This document shows positions 8,910 to 20,082 of a stretch of DNA of 37,887 bases, one piece after another. How positions within the stretch are numbered: position 1 is the stretch's first letter; each line of letters begins with the position of its first letter. Made by a program: the position numbers and the translations under genes. The notes under the pieces are model-generated. The model did not search any database. It was not told the DNA's origin and saw only the letters and a list, made by a program, of their open reading frames with translations. The stretch lies in IMG/VR virus record IMGVR_UViG_2875703104_000002. The stretch is one strand, 5' to 3'. The DNA is from a virus (lineage: Duplodnaviria > Heunggongvirae > Uroviricota > Caudoviricetes).

Positions 8910-10036
8910 GGCGGTGTTTTCTCCGGGTGTCTGCGATAATAATCTTCAACCAGCGCATCAATACCGCCGTTACTGTCGCCGCCTTTCCTGTTTTTACGGT
9001 CGCTTTCAACCGGCACCAGAAAGCCTTCGCGTGGTGCAAGGCTGACGCGGGTTTTCAGCCCGTCCTGGTCATTCAGTATCAGGGTGACTTTGCTGACCAG
9101 TAATTCCGTGGTTTTGATGGCATATTTCGAGGCATCAATAGTGACCAGCAGGTTCGGCATCCAGAGTTGCCCGTCCTTGCGAGTCCATCCGTCAATTTCA
9201 GCCTCAAAGGTGATGGATTTTGCCAGTCTGCGGCGTTGCTCACGCAGGGCGCGGGCCTGTGCATCCTTCGCCGTAATTTTGCTGTCGGCAATGATGATCA
9301 TCGGTCTGTAACGGGTCACATCACTGTCAGTGGCGGTCCCTTTCCGGGAGACGATACTTTTCGCATCAATATCATCACCCTCAGCACCGTTTGCGCGGGC
9401 ATACCCCTTGACGGTGTATTCGCTGAACCGGTCGCGGAAGTCTTCCTCAAAATCCAGTGTCAGCAGATTTTCTCCGAGAACCAGCTCATCAGTGGCTGTG
9501 CTGGCAGCCCGGCTGAATACCAGCTCTCCGGCGGCATTGCTGGTCATCAGTACACCGCGTGCGCGGGAGGCACGCACCAGCGCCTCATAAACGGTTTCTG
9601 AATGGTCCAGCGTGAAGCCGGGAAAAGCTGCCGAACTTTCCTTATCGGAAAGCTCCCAGCGAACGGTAACGCCATAAGGGGTGCACAGGTCACGCGCAAT
9701 CTGCTCCAGTGTGCGGTTTTTCCACTGTCCGCCACTGTAAACGGCAGCACAGTCAATCAGGTCAGCCGTTTTGTCACGTCCGGCGATAGTGATTTTCATG
9801 CTGTCAGCGGTCATCTGGCGTCGCCGCGAATCGATATAACCGGTGCAGACAATCTGCCCGTCGATTTCCAGCGTGAACGCCTTCCCCGGTGCCAGCCCGG
9901 ATAAATCCGTGCCCGGTGGCACGTTCACCCCCAGCTCAAAATATCCGGCTACGGATTCAATGGAGCGGGTGACAGAAACTGACGACCAGCCGGTAAACAG
10001 CCTGCCATCCGCTCGCAGTGTGACGGTATTACTCAT
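8897..10036 (-). CDS. P: Baseplate hub protein gp44
   Basis: 379 aa beginning [17 protein letters not shown]..., recognised as Mu P. Confidence 0.88.
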   Translation of the reverse strand: MSNTVTLRADGRLFTGWSSVSVTRSIESVAGYFELGVNVPPGTDLSGLAPGKAFTLEIDGQIVCTGYIDSRRRQMTADSMKITIAGRDKTADLIDCAAVYSGGQWKNRTLEQIARDLCTPYGVTVRWELSDKESSAAFPGFTLDHSETVYEALVRASRARGVLMTSNAAGELVFSRAASTATDELVLGENLLTLDFEEDFRDRFSEYTVKGYARANGAEGDDIDAKSIVSRKGTATDSDVTRYRPMIIIADSKITAKDAQARALREQRRRLAKSITFEAEIDGWTRKDGQLWMPNLLVTIDASKYAIKTTELLVSKVTLILNDQDGLKTRVSLAPREGFLVPVESDRKNRKGGDSNGGIDALVEDYYRRHPEKTPPWKE

Positions 10037-11516
10037 TAATCACCTCAATACTGACACCACCGGGAACAAATAACGGGTTGCTGCTGCCATTCCTGCGGGC
10101 CAGCCGTTGCCAGTTCCGGCCGTTTCCTGTGTAACGGTACAGGGCCACCACTGCGGGCATCGTCTCCGGCAGGCTGTGCATTTCACTGCCCGCCAGTTGC
10201 AGTCCGCGTTTTTCCAGGTCAGCAACAACCAGCAGGCGCAGTTGCGTAAGCTGAACGCTGTCTGTCGAAAAACCCTGCTCAGATGCCGTCAGAATGACAC
10301 TGTCCAGTGCGGCCCCCAGCATGGCTGTGGTTTTTTCGATATCGGACACACTTTCAAATACCGGGGGCGTGGCTGTACCACTGTCTGAAAAGGATACCGG
10401 TGAAAAACCGCCGTCCGGGGTTATGGCAGTTAACTGTAACTGTCCCTGTGTGACGGTAGCGGATGTGCTGCTGGCCCCGCTGGCTGTGCCGGTTGTGGTG
10501 GACAGGGCATCCAGTACAGGTGCACGGGCGGCATTATCCATCCGGCGACTGAAATCCAGTGCCGCAGTCAGTGCCTGGCTGGCAGCTTCTGCCCGGTATG
10601 TCTGCGCCGCTGCCAGCATGACGTAGTTCAGTGTGGCAATATTTTTTTCTGCAACCGGACTGTTGTACGAGGTTGTGATTGCCCCCTGTCTGCCTGCGGT
10701 GGCGGCATGGCGACGTTCGAATCGCTGCGCCAGACGGTTCCAGGTGGAAAATGCTGTCCGGGTATCGCATAACGATGAAACGCCGGACAGCGCCCCCATC
10801 AGCGAGGAGGCCAGCATGGCAGGCTGGTTAATCAGGCTGGTCACAGAGCCTTTCATCGCAGAAAGCGATCCCATCAGACCGCTGACAGTCTGCGTAACCC
10901 CCAGATTGTCCACCGCATCACTGATATCATCGATGACACCGGTTACAGCTTCCATCACGGCGGTTGCCGCCGCAGTGCCATCTTTTACGGTCTGCCAGAC
11001 AGAGGACAGCGTATCCCCCAGAGAACCGGTTACAGCAACGGCCTGTGCCGGTACGGCTGCACTGGTGTCTGTCTCTGCGTCCGGGGCAGTATCCTGCAAC
11101 GACGGATAAACGGTAACGGTGAACGCGTAATAATTCAGTTCATCCGCTTTAGTGCGACATTCCCATGAATCCACCATGACGTCCACAGTGCCGAAATCAG
11201 GATGTACCAGTTCACCGCTACCCGGAGCATCAAGAGCATCCATCAGCGCACCCGCTTCATCTCTGGCTGTTTCTGCGTTGCTGTTCAGAATGCAGGCGCT
11301 GAATGTACGGGAGCGAAGCTTTTTCCCCAGGTCATTGACGCCGCCGGTATCACGTAACGGGTACTCGCGTTTAACCAGGCGACGTCCGCCAGCCTGTTTT
11401 TGCTCCTCGATGACGAGAAACGGCACGTTACGGAACGTGCCTTTGCCGGTTGTTTTCTTACCACCGCTGATTTTATCCCGGACAGCATTAACGGCATTTA
11501 AAGCATCTTCAAACAT
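10029..11516 (-). CDS. N: DNA circularisation protein N (gp43)
   Basis: 495 aa beginning [19 protein letters not shown]..., recognised as Mu N. Confidence 0.88.
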   Translation of the reverse strand: MFEDALNAVNAVRDKISGGKKTTGKGTFRNVPFLVIEEQKQAGGRRLVKREYPLRDTGGVNDLGKKLRSRTFSACILNSNAETARDEAGALMDALDAPGSGELVHPDFGTVDVMVDSWECRTKADELNYYAFTVTVYPSLQDTAPDAETDTSAAVPAQAVAVTGSLGDTLSSVWQTVKDGTAAATAVMEAVTGVIDDISDAVDNLGVTQTVSGLMGSLSAMKGSVTSLINQPAMLASSLMGALSGVSSLCDTRTAFSTWNRLAQRFERRHAATAGRQGAITTSYNSPVAEKNIATLNYVMLAAAQTYRAEAASQALTAALDFSRRMDNAARAPVLDALSTTTGTASGASSTSATVTQGQLQLTAITPDGGFSPVSFSDSGTATPPVFESVSDIEKTTAMLGAALDSVILTASEQGFSTDSVQLTQLRLLVVADLEKRGLQLAGSEMHSLPETMPAVVALYRYTGNGRNWQRLARRNGSSNPLFVPGGVSIEVINE

Positions 11517-11520
11517 GGTT

Positions 11521-14007
11521 TTACCAACCTGTAATGTAGTTATCGCCCGCGTAAATATTCAGCCCCATACCATCCTCGGTGACGCGGGAACTGGTCAGAC
11601 GTAACCCCTCGCCGAGTTCGACGCGCAACGAGGCTTCCGCATTGACTTTTTGTTCCTGCGGTTCCTTATCCGTGGCCGTCCATTTCTGATACAGGTCGGT
11701 TACAAAACCGCCCAGATACTCCCCGGCGACACTGCCCAGCGTGGCACCGGCAACCGTACCCAGCGGTCCGGCAAGGCTGCCAACGGCACCGCCGAGCCAT
11801 GCACCGGCTGTACTGCCAATTGCGCCTGCTTTTTCATGGGTTGACGCCTGTTCATCCATCAGGACGGGGGCAAGCTGGAGTGCCCCCATTACCGGGCCAC
11901 CCAGACGTGACAGGGCACGACCGGCACCTTTCCCCATCCAGCCCAGCGCCCCGGCACCTTTTGTCACAACCCGACCGATCGCACTGCCTGCAAGTTTGTT
12001 TCCGATACCGGAAAACCACCCGCCAACGGCACGCCCGGCATCAGCCAGCTTTCCGACCGTTCCCGTAACCAGTTGCCCGGCAGCACTGCCTGCAAGCCTG
12101 CTCAGAAGACCGGATTTACCGGGCAAAGGCTGTGGCGCAGGGCGTGGTATTACCGGCACGCCCGGAGATGGCACGGGCTGCCTGTTTCCGGCACCGGAAA
12201 GCAGTCTGCTGACAGTACGCCCGGCATCCGCCAGCGTTCCTGCCGCTCCCGTAACCTGCTGCGCGGCAGCGCTGCCTGCCAGCTTGCCCGGAAGACCGGA
12301 TTTAGCGGGCAAAGGGCGTGGCGCGGGGCGTGGTATTACCGGCACGCCCGGAGATGGCGCGGGCTGCCTGTTTCCGGCACCGGAAAGCAGTCTGCTGACA
12401 GTACGCCCGGCATGCGCCAGCGTTCCTGCCGCTCCCGTCACCTGCTGCATGGCAGCGCTGCCTGCAAGCCTGCCCGGAAGACCGGATTTACCGGGTAAAG
12501 GTCGTGGCGCGGGGCGTGCTGCTGCCGGAACGCTGGGTGGGGGTAATGGTGCAGGCCGTGCTGTTACCGGTACGCCGGGTGGGGGTAATGCCAGTACAGG
12601 GCGTGGTGCAGGTAATGCCAGCGGCTGTGGCCCGGACAGCAATAACGGCTGGCGGGGTAACAGCGTGGGCATTCTTCCGCCGCTCCGTACGCGACGACCG
12701 CCGCCACTCCCGTAGCCACCAAATCCACGGGGCCAGTTGATGACAAACACACGCTGAATGCCGATACCCTGCAACAGCGTCTCAGACGTCATGGCATCCG
12801 GGACCGGCAGGCCTGCCTGCCCACGTTTGCGGTTTCGCATCCAGCGCCACATACGACGCCCGGTTTTAAACGGATAACTGGCAACCTGCCATGAGGGTTT
12901 TGCCACGGCCCAGCCTGCTCTCAGGGCTTTATTGGCAAGCCAGACAGACACCAGAACAGCAGCCAGTTTTTTCAGGCTGACAATATTCTGGTCAACCCAT
13001 GCCAGCGCATCTTTACCCGGTTTCAGCCAGCGCCATAATTCCTGCGCCGCGATTTTTACCGTTCTGAACGTGGTCAGAAATTTCTGACCAATGTTTTCTG
13101 CCAGTGCGTCAAGTTCCCCGGATTTATCCGCCATGTCGTGCCAGTTAAGCACCCGGCGCATCTCGTTCTTGATTTCTTCAAAGGGGCCGCTGTTTGCCAC
13201 CTTTATGCGAAATTCAAGCAGGTTGGCTTCCATCTGTGCGAACATCCCGTCCCAGGAGTTCATCGCACTGGCTTGTGCACCTTTTGACTGTTCTGACAGC
13301 GTTCTGAATACCGTCAGAATGGATTTCATGCCCAGCTTGCCCTTTGTACCCAGATCACGGATTTTTTTAACGTCCGTTCCCGTTGCATCCGCCAGCGCCT
13401 GATAAACATTGATACCGTAACCGGTCAGCAGGTTGGCATCCGCCGCCGTGATTTGCTGGCGGGCAAACATCTGTTTCAGTTGCAGTGAGGCACCCTGTGC
13501 AGTGGGTAAATCCCAGCCGTGCATGGCCCCCTGATCCTGCAACATGGTGATGAACTGTTTCGTCTGTTCATCCGTCATGCCGAAGCCTTTCGACGAACGG
13601 ATCTCATCCAGAACACCACTCAGCCCCCACGTGGTGTCCTTCGCGTTCTGCTTCGCCCAGGCCATCATAGCCTGCGCTCTGACCTTATCGCCGTGATACA
13701 GCGAGTTCATAGCGATGATCTGCTGCTCACGCTGGGCGGCTGCACCAATAAACAGTTTATTGGCGGTGTAACCCACGCCAGCGATACCCAGCGCCCCGGC
13801 TGACAGCATTCGGAATGTACGGGTTGACAGAGAACCCATTCTGTCAATTGCACCAGAAACGCGCACAACCTCCATACGCAGGGCTCGCAGGGAACTCTGC
13901 CCACTACGGGACAGGGCGTTTATCTGGCTCGAATACTGGCGGGAACGCCGGGAAAGATTGCCATTAAGATCAATAATGACAGACGCCTTTAAGCGTTTCC
14001 CGGTCAT
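11521..14007 (-). CDS. Tail tape-measure protein (gp42) with internal tandem repeats
   Basis: 828 aa located between the tail chaperone and N. It has a helical N-terminal half, a central hydrophobic segment, and a Gly/Ala/Pro-rich repetitive C-terminal half. Confidence 0.9.
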   Translation of the reverse strand: MTGKRLKASVIIDLNGNLSRRSRQYSSQINALSRSGQSSLRALRMEVVRVSGAIDRMGSLSTRTFRMLSAGALGIAGVGYTANKLFIGAAAQREQQIIAMNSLYHGDKVRAQAMMAWAKQNAKDTTWGLSGVLDEIRSSKGFGMTDEQTKQFITMLQDQGAMHGWDLPTAQGASLQLKQMFARQQITAADANLLTGYGINVYQALADATGTDVKKIRDLGTKGKLGMKSILTVFRTLSEQSKGAQASAMNSWDGMFAQMEANLLEFRIKVANSGPFEEIKNEMRRVLNWHDMADKSGELDALAENIGQKFLTTFRTVKIAAQELWRWLKPGKDALAWVDQNIVSLKKLAAVLVSVWLANKALRAGWAVAKPSWQVASYPFKTGRRMWRWMRNRKRGQAGLPVPDAMTSETLLQGIGIQRVFVINWPRGFGGYGSGGGRRVRSGGRMPTLLPRQPLLLSGPQPLALPAPRPVLALPPPGVPVTARPAPLPPPSVPAAARPAPRPLPGKSGLPGRLAGSAAMQQVTGAAGTLAHAGRTVSRLLSGAGNRQPAPSPGVPVIPRPAPRPLPAKSGLPGKLAGSAAAQQVTGAAGTLADAGRTVSRLLSGAGNRQPVPSPGVPVIPRPAPQPLPGKSGLLSRLAGSAAGQLVTGTVGKLADAGRAVGGWFSGIGNKLAGSAIGRVVTKGAGALGWMGKGAGRALSRLGGPVMGALQLAPVLMDEQASTHEKAGAIGSTAGAWLGGAVGSLAGPLGTVAGATLGSVAGEYLGGFVTDLYQKWTATDKEPQEQKVNAEASLRVELGEGLRLTSSRVTEDGMGLNIYAGDNYITGW
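11930..12481. repeat. In-frame 186-bp (62-codon) tandem repeat in the tape-measure gene
   Basis: Copies at 12110-12295 and 12296-12481 differ at about 11 positions by eye. A diverged third copy extends to about 11930. The protein unit is [58 protein letters not shown]. Confidence 0.9.
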
Positions 14008-14021
14008 AGAGATTTCCTGAT

Positions 14022-14586
14022 TTAACGGTGGTATTGAGAGAGGTTTTTAGCCAGCTGGCAGTGCCGGAAAAAGCGGGACAGCGGGAGAGACAGAACCCAT
14101 TCAGGGCCACTTTTCAGAATAACACCCGTCGCTGTCACCGCTTTCTCAATATCATTCCGGCACCGCAGCCACTCGCCCCCGTTCTTGTGTCAGCGATGCT
14201 GCAACCGCCATGTCGTACATTTCTGTGGCCAGCGACAGACGCTGGAAGTCATCGGCGGACAGCTTACGGATCAGCGCCATTGACAACGGGCCTTTGATGC
14301 AGCCCACGCTGGCAATCTGTCGGCGCAGCATTTCCAGCCCCATCCGGGACGGGGAACTGACCAGCACCGGGCCTTCCTTGCTCATTACCAGCTTTTCAGC
14401 AGCCGCCTGGGCATCAATCAGATCGCCTGCGGTCAGTTCACGCAGCGTCACGTCATACTGCATTTCAGTTTCGTCATCAGTGCCGAACGGCAGGCCGTCT
14501 TTCAGTTTCAGCACGCCGGACTGGATTTCTGCCACAATGCTGTCATGCAGCTCCTGCGCTTCAGGCCCCAGATTCATTTCTTCCAT
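14022..14586 (-). CDS. Predicted frameshift-extended tail chaperone (gp41 plus a ~51-aa extension, +1/-2 frame)
   Basis: The 144-bp gap after the gp41 stop is open in the +1 frame from inside gp41 (an upstream stop in that frame leaves only a ~40-nt shift window) down to a TAA 14 nt before the tape-measure ATG. A G5 run (plus-strand CCCCC at 14176-14180) lies within the overlap window. Confidence 0.5.
14152..14586 (-). CDS. Y: Tail assembly chaperone gp41
   Basis: 144 aa, acidic, lying between the tube and tape-measure genes as in Mu. Confidence 0.85.
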   Translation of the reverse strand: MEEMNLGPEAQELHDSIVAEIQSGVLKLKDGLPFGTDDETEMQYDVTLRELTAGDLIDAQAAAEKLVMSKEGPVLVSSPSRMGLEMLRRQIASVGCIKGPLSMALIRKLSADDFQRLSLATEMYDMAVAASLTQERGRVAAVPE

Positions 14587-14595
14587 CGTTTCCCC

Positions 14596-14952
14596 TTATG
14601 CAATGCGTTTGCTTTGTTTTGCCATCAGTACCAGCGAAATTTCGCCGCCGTCGTTTTTCGGTTCATCTGCCTGCCAGGCATTCGCCATCATCCAGGTTTC
14701 ACCGGTGTCTGCCTGAAACTCTGCCGTGATGTTTTCCCAGCTGATAATTTCATCCAGACCGATATCACCACCGCCCGGAATTTTGCATTCCAGCTTTGCG
14801 GCACGTGGTTTACCTTTCCAGCCATAAACCCGCGAGCCGGTCACTTCTTCACGGGTGATGCCGGAAGGCGTGAAGGAGGCACCTTCCATCGTTTCAAGCT
14901 CCATGCCATTGACACGGATGAACGCCACCCCCTGGCGCTGAGTTCCAGCCAT
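14596..14952 (-). CDS. M: Tail tube protein gp40
   Basis: 118 aa, directly after the sheath gene. Confidence 0.85.
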   Translation of the reverse strand: MAGTQRQGVAFIRVNGMELETMEGASFTPSGITREEVTGSRVYGWKGKPRAAKLECKIPGGGDIGLDEIISWENITAEFQADTGETWMMANAWQADEPKNDGGEISLVLMAKQSKRIA

Positions 14953-14961
14953 AAATACTCC

Positions 14962-16449
14962 TTACAGAATGAACTGAATTTGCGCCGCAAAAATGCGGAA
15001 CTGGTTGATCAGATTCGGGCCGCACAGCACATCAAGACGGTCTTTGTCATCGCTGTTACGTGCAACGTACAGCTCCTCTTTGAACGTGTCGAAATCCTCA
15101 ACCAGCCCGGAGCTTTCCCACTCTTCAAACAGTGCCAGCAGCTCCGTTTTGATCACGGATGGCGTCACCACGGGCTGACCGGTGGCAAAGCGGGTGCCGT
15201 CATTTGCCAGCTTGTAGTTCGGGAATTTCTGCGTGATGCGGGTTCGCAGCGAATAACGCAGATAACTCAGCGTGGCGATGGTATTCACGTTCAGATAAGA
15301 CGGATCACTGTCACCGTACTTGTTTGTGCGGTACATCGTGATCATGCGTTCAATCTGCATTTCACCACCATCATTCACGTTAAACGTGGAGATGCCGTCA
15401 AACAGCAGCGCATTACGTTCTGACCAGGTGAAACGCTCCCCCACCGCAGGCGGCATTCTTCCGGGTAACGTCAGCGTCTGGAGAGGACGCGCCGGGTCGA
15501 TGGAAAGCGCCTGGCTGGCAACGGCACACAGTGTGGCGGCGTACAGATATGACGGTTCCGGTGCACCGGCAATCCCCATACAGGAGATCAGATGGTCATT
15601 ACGACTGACACCAAACGTGGAAATATCCCCATACGTGCCGGACAGCACTGTCACGGCAAAGCCATCAGCCTGATTGACCGGTCCCCAGCGTTCCTGTAAT
15701 TCCGTGCGCAACAGATTCAGGTTCGCTTCATCGGTATAGGGCATCACAATATATTTGTATTGCAGATCGCCCATTCCCGCGATACTTGCGCTGATATCCG
15801 GGTTGCCATTTTTCCCGGAGGCGGCTTTGAATGCCGTGATAATCCCGTAAGGGGTGGTTTCACCCGCGTAATAGTTCCAGCGCACGTCCACGGCAGATAA
15901 TGCACCCGTAAATTTTGCACTCAGAACCACATCTGCATGGGTGTCATCATCTCCGCTGTCTGCGCGAACTTCTGCCGTCACCGGTAAATCAGGCTGGCCT
16001 TTGATTCGGGCAACCAGCAGGTCAGCCAGCGCAGCCCCTGTAGCACCTGCTGCGACAGATACCGTCAGTCGCTGACCGGCAATGTAAGTCACAAGCGAGC
16101 CGTTTTCGCCAGCCGTTCCTGACAGTGAAATTTCACCGACAGCAGCATTACCGGTGCCGTTCCCCTGCGGAATACACCACAGCTCCGCCACGCGGTTAGC
16201 GTTCAGGAATGCAGCTGCCATCAGTGCCAGCATGGAACCCTGACCAAACGCCGCACTGGCCTGTGAGCCGGAACGGATACGGACAGGCACGTTTGGTGCC
16301 GCACTGGCTTTACTTCCGCTTTGCCCGAACATCAGCACGCGCTGACGGGGTGCTGGTGTTCCGCTGACGGCATTACTGTTATCAAATTCGATATACGTCA
16401 GAGGAACGCGAACATCTGACGGGATCGCGTTAAATGAAATATCGCTCAT
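14962..16449 (-). CDS. L: Contractile tail sheath protein gp39
   Basis: 495 aa beginning [25 protein letters not shown]..., a typical sheath N-terminus. Position matches Mu L. Confidence 0.9.
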   Translation of the reverse strand: MSDISFNAIPSDVRVPLTYIEFDNSNAVSGTPAPRQRVLMFGQSGSKASAAPNVPVRIRSGSQASAAFGQGSMLALMAAAFLNANRVAELWCIPQGNGTGNAAVGEISLSGTAGENGSLVTYIAGQRLTVSVAAGATGAALADLLVARIKGQPDLPVTAEVRADSGDDDTHADVVLSAKFTGALSAVDVRWNYYAGETTPYGIITAFKAASGKNGNPDISASIAGMGDLQYKYIVMPYTDEANLNLLRTELQERWGPVNQADGFAVTVLSGTYGDISTFGVSRNDHLISCMGIAGAPEPSYLYAATLCAVASQALSIDPARPLQTLTLPGRMPPAVGERFTWSERNALLFDGISTFNVNDGGEMQIERMITMYRTNKYGDSDPSYLNVNTIATLSYLRYSLRTRITQKFPNYKLANDGTRFATGQPVVTPSVIKTELLALFEEWESSGLVEDFDTFKEELYVARNSDDKDRLDVLCGPNLINQFRIFAAQIQFIL

Positions 16450-16652
16450 TTCGATTTACTCCGTTTTTTCGGCGCAGCGTCGGTATCATCCGCCGTGTTT
16501 TCGGTGCTCCCGACTTCAACCACATCACCGGCTGCAAGGCGACGTATCCAGAAACTGTTACGGGGCTTTTCTTCTCCCTCCGGAGCCAGTAATTTCATCG
16601 TGAGCGGGTCACGGATGGCTTTTCCCGCTGCGGGTTTAATTTTCAGCATCAT
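16446..16652 (-). CDS. Small structural-region protein gp38
   Basis: 68 aa, with start and stop overlapping its neighbours. Position matches Mu gp38. Confidence 0.7.
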   Translation of the reverse strand: MMLKIKPAAGKAIRDPLTMKLLAPEGEEKPRNSFWIRRLAAGDVVEVGSTENTADDTDAAPKKRSKSK

Positions 16653-17184
16653 GATCCTTTTCCTGATTCACATTGATATGTGCGGCAAATTCCGGGGTTT
16701 CGTCCGGGAATTTCCAGGTCTGCCAGTGACGCTCGTAATCATCCAGCGAATCCATGTCCACCACGGACGGCAGCGGGGTAGTGCCACTGAACAGAACGCC
16801 GTAAAGCACCACACCGGCATTGATACGGTTGTCGTCACAAAGATTTCTGACCTGCGTCAGTCTCATCCCGGTGGTCGGGCCAAACGTCTGACCGTTAACA
16901 CCGGCAATCAGTCGCTCCACAATCTGATAAATACCGGGCCGGTTTACCGGTTCCCCGTTCAGCAACTCCGCCACGACAAAAAATGCCCAGCGACTTTCAA
17001 CTTCCCGACGCGTACGCCCCTCACCACAGCCCATCCATGCCAGGAATACCGATGGCGGGGTCAGAAAGAGACGGTGCACATCCTCGTTAGTCCATGTGCC
17101 GGTAAGGGGTTCCACCTGCCGCAGGGTTGCCCCAAACAACTCACGAACGCGCGCCAGCAGTGCGGCTTCGGTTTCTTCCAGCAT
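16636..17184 (-). CDS. K: Tail completion/terminator-like protein gp37
   Basis: 182 aa. Position matches Mu K. Confidence 0.75.
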   Translation of the reverse strand: MLEETEAALLARVRELFGATLRQVEPLTGTWTNEDVHRLFLTPPSVFLAWMGCGEGRTRREVESRWAFFVVAELLNGEPVNRPGIYQIVERLIAGVNGQTFGPTTGMRLTQVRNLCDDNRINAGVVLYGVLFSGTTPLPSVVDMDSLDDYERHWQTWKFPDETPEFAAHINVNQEKDHDAEN

Positions 17185-17609
17185 CAGATAAACCCCTTCT
17201 GTTTTCGTGAGAAGACCGGCGCGTCAGACTGCACCTGCACAAGGTTTTCACCATCCGGCGAGGCTGCCGTCCTGCTTTCCACGCCGGGATCTGTTTTGCC
17301 ATCGCGCACCTGTTCCAGCCAGCGCACCGTGTCCCTGTAAGTTGCGGTGATCTGCTCGGTGGGTTGTGATTCATTCAGATAAAACCAGGCCACCACGCAA
17401 CACTGCCGTTTCAGCAGTGAGGGGACGACGGTAAGCGGCAGAACAAAGCGCGCGGCGAGATAGCCATCAATAAAGGCCGAAGCATCTGCCAGTGCCTGTT
17501 CTGCCACGGCATCATCCGGCTGCCCGTCCGCTGTTTTAGGGCGGGTGAGAATATCCAGCCGCGTACGTGTATAGCGGGCGCACAGGTCATTTACCGTCGC
17601 GTAATTCAT
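17184..17609 (-). CDS. J: Head-tail connector/head completion protein gp36
   Basis: 141 aa. Position matches Mu J. Confidence 0.75.
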   Translation of the reverse strand: MNYATVNDLCARYTRTRLDILTRPKTADGQPDDAVAEQALADASAFIDGYLAARFVLPLTVVPSLLKRQCCVVAWFYLNESQPTEQITATYRDTVRWLEQVRDGKTDPGVESRTAASPDGENLVQVQSDAPVFSRKQKGFI

Positions 17610-18016
17610 GCATCCGCCTCAGCCAGCGCCGCTTTGATTTGCGCACTGCTCACCGGTTCCCCCAGCGCCGCACTGACGGCTTTCACTTTGGGTTCTCCCC
17701 CTGCGGTAAAGTGCTCCGGGTTTGCCTTATCCAGACCGGCAACGGTCGCACGGATACGGGTATTCAGATCGCCCACACCCAGAACGTCCAGCCCCCCAGC
17801 CTCAGCGAGCGTTTCTGCTGACGATGCAGATACCACAGACAGCACGCTGTCGGCACGAATGATCGCCAGTTGTTCTTCGGTGACTTCCACGGTGTTTTCG
17901 CCACGTGTAAAGGCGATTCCGGCGCGGCGGTAGACCGGACGAAGGCATTTAATAATCGCCGTGCAAGTGATGCGAGAAGTGTCCAGCCGTTGTGAATTAA
18001 GCGAAGTGCCTGACAT
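17606..18016 (-). CDS. Head-associated protein gp35
   Basis: 136 aa, following the major head gene. GGAGGAG precedes the ATG. Confidence 0.7.
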   Translation of the reverse strand: MSGTSLNSQRLDTSRITCTAIIKCLRPVYRRAGIAFTRGENTVEVTEEQLAIIRADSVLSVVSASSAETLAEAGGLDVLGVGDLNTRIRATVAGLDKANPEHFTAGGEPKVKAVSAALGEPVSSAQIKAALAEADA

Positions 18017-18050
18017 AACACATGCTCCTCCTTTTCCTTTAAATCAGGTT

Positions 18051-18074
18051 AAAAGGCGGTCTGAACCGCCTTTT
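18051..18074 (-). terminator. Hairpin after the major head gene
   Basis: AAAAGGCGGT-CTGA-ACCGCCTTTT forms a perfect stem flanked by A and T runs, immediately after the T stop. Confidence 0.6.
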
Positions 18075-18082
18075 AATGACGG

Positions 18083-19000
18083 TTACAGGTAGTCAGCGAC
18101 AACCAGTTGCAGCTTGCCCTTCATCTCGTTGGAGACGGTGGTATTGCCATCCGCGAACAGTTCACGGTTAAGCAGTTGCTCTGCGGCTTTTTCCAGCCCG
18201 ACCGGTACAACGATATGCGTCGGCTTCAGGCCCAGTTTCTTACCGCCATCACCTTCAAACGCACGCATCAGTTGCCAGCCTTTCCAGAGGTTATCCAGCG
18301 TCAGATCACCTTTTACCGCGACAGCCATCTGCCAGAAGCCGTAACCGGCAGCACGGCGGGCGCTGGCACCAAACAGGAACTCGTTATCCATAAAAACGTG
18401 GTCGTCATCGATACGGGTACGTGCGACCAGTTCCGGTTTGCGGCGCTCCTGGAAAATCAGCGGTTTGACTGCGCGGGAGCAGTCCAGCAGATAGAATGGC
18501 AGACCGCTGAAGCTGTCCTGCTCAACGATGTTGGAGGTATTAACCGCGCTGCCCGTGCCATCCACATTCGGATATACCGGATGCTCCTTGTCGAAGAAGT
18601 TCTGACCGTCATAGCAGGGCTGGGTAAAGCCATCTTTCAGAAGTTTAAAAATCAGTTCATCCGGCTGAACTGCCGCAGAACGGCCCATCTCCTGAAAAAT
18701 CGGCGCATAAATACCCAGATTGTCATCCTCGAAGTCATCACGGGAAATACCCACGGTGCCTTCAAACGTTTTATTGGCGATGGAGTAGCCATGCGCTTCC
18801 ATTTGCTGAATGGTTCGCTTACCCACCCATTCTTTCAGGGTCGGGAATTTACCCAGCCAGCCATAGGTATTACTGCGGGTGGAAGAGTTCACCACCATTG
18901 CAATTTTGCTGTACTGCGACGGGGCGTCTTCAAGACCGCCCTGAAAATCCTTACGGAAGGAGGTCATCAGGGCTTTAATGGATGCCGGGGTGACAATCAT
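18083..19000 (-). CDS. T: Major head (capsid) protein gp34
   Basis: 305 aa beginning MIVTPASIKALMTSFRKDFQGG..., recognised as Mu T. Confidence 0.9.
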   Translation of the reverse strand: MIVTPASIKALMTSFRKDFQGGLEDAPSQYSKIAMVVNSSTRSNTYGWLGKFPTLKEWVGKRTIQQMEAHGYSIANKTFEGTVGISRDDFEDDNLGIYAPIFQEMGRSAAVQPDELIFKLLKDGFTQPCYDGQNFFDKEHPVYPNVDGTGSAVNTSNIVEQDSFSGLPFYLLDCSRAVKPLIFQERRKPELVARTRIDDDHVFMDNEFLFGASARRAAGYGFWQMAVAVKGDLTLDNLWKGWQLMRAFEGDGGKKLGLKPTHIVVPVGLEKAAEQLLNRELFADGNTTVSNEMKGKLQLVVADYL

Positions 19001-20082
19001 TTTTCTTGTTCCTGTTTCATTTTCAGATACTCAGCCTCTGTAATGCCGAGCGCCTTCACTGCTGCCTGTTCATCAGCAGACAGCACCGCCACCGCCGTTT
19101 TTTCCTGCGACGGGATTTTCGCCGTGGTGGTCTGCATGGCAGATAACGCAGCGATGGGCTGTTTTTTCTCAAGCTGTGCCGACAGTGCCGCCACGCCAAT
19201 CTGACCGCCAAGCTGTTCCAGATAGGTACGTTCGCTTTTGAAAATGCGGCCTTCCTGCTCCGCCTTGTCCAGAACGGCGCTCAGGCTGGCAGTGGCGCTT
19301 TGTGCTTTGGCCTGTGCCAGTTCATCAAGCACGGCGTTGTAGCTTTCCACCGGGACGTATTTCGTCAGGTCAACGGCGGCGTTCTGTGCCTTTTCCAGTT
19401 CGGCGGATAACGACGCCACTTTTCCGGCATCTGTTTCGAGCGCATCAAACGCACTCAGGGCCGCGCTGGCCTGTTCATCGGTGATGTCTGCATTTTCGGG
19501 GACCGTCACCCCAAGACGCGCAAGCAGCTTGCGCAGCGTTTCATTCATGGGTTTGTTCTCCTGTTGAAGGATGTCGGGAAGGTCTGCCGCCAGTGCGGTC
19601 AGCTTTTTCATGCCGGTGGCACCGGGGTCATTGGTCAGCGCAGCAAGGCGGATTTGCAGCACCGCACCGGTGGCGGTGTCATACGGAAAAACCGCAGAGA
19701 GATAACCAAATTCGCCGTCATCGATGCGCTGCTGTGCCGCCGCCGTCCAGCGTGGGTGGATAAATAATCCTTCACCTTCACGCCACTGCATTTCATCGGC
19801 GTTAAACCAGCCAGCCGCGACGAGTTGTTCCGGGGGTAATCCTTTGTCCTTACGTAGCTGGTTATGCTCGTAATCAATCAGCACGTCCTGGTTGAGCGCG
19901 CGAACGCCTTCAACCAGACGCCCGGCAATCTCACCGTCAATGAACCACCCCTGACCGCCTGTCACATCAAACGGACGACCATCACGGGCACTGAAATGAC
20001 CGGCAGGCAATAGCTGGCACCAGCCGTCATCGTCAATGGACAGCGCACTCAGTGCGGCAATGCCAATCGCGTGTTTTTTCAT
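18997..20082 (-). CDS. I: Head maturation protease / scaffold gp32 (the scaffold Z is expected from an internal start)
   Basis: 361 aa with an N-terminal protease-like part and an Ala/Gln/Glu-rich helical C-terminal half. Recognised as Mu I. Confidence 0.88.
   Translation of the reverse strand: MKKHAIGIAALSALSIDDDGWCQLLPAGHFSARDGRPFDVTGGQGWFIDGEIAGRLVEGVRALNQDVLIDYEHNQLRKDKGLPPEQLVAAGWFNADEMQWREGEGLFIHPRWTAAAQQRIDDGEFGYLSAVFPYDTATGAVLQIRLAALTNDPGATGMKKLTALAADLPDILQQENKPMNETLRKLLARLGVTVPENADITDEQASAALSAFDALETDAGKVASLSAELEKAQNAAVDLTKYVPVESYNAVLDELAQAKAQSATASLSAVLDKAEQEGRIFKSERTYLEQLGGQIGVAALSAQLEKKQPIAALSAMQTTTAKIPSQEKTAVAVLSADEQAAVKALGITEAEYLKMKQEQEK

Noticed and set aside
11741-12715. 324-aa plus-strand ORF (Pro/Ala/Gly-rich) across the tape-measure repeats
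   Set aside because: It is the mirror image of the GC-rich 186-bp repeats in the tape-measure gene. Its repeat periodicity is inherited from the real gene, and it has no start context.
14545-15423. 292-aa plus-strand ORF antisense to the tube and sheath genes (similar cases at 16495-17340, 26645-27520, 8319-8939, 29804-30463 and 21539-22120)
   Set aside because: All are embedded antisense in recognisable Mu genes and lack ribosome-binding sites. They are shadow ORFs.
18107-19204. 365-aa plus-strand ORF antisense to the major head gene T and the 3' end of I
   Set aside because: It lies entirely within well-supported minus-strand genes, has no SD or promoter context, and has a low-complexity Arg/Gly/Ala-rich composition typical of the antisense frame of GC-rich coding DNA.
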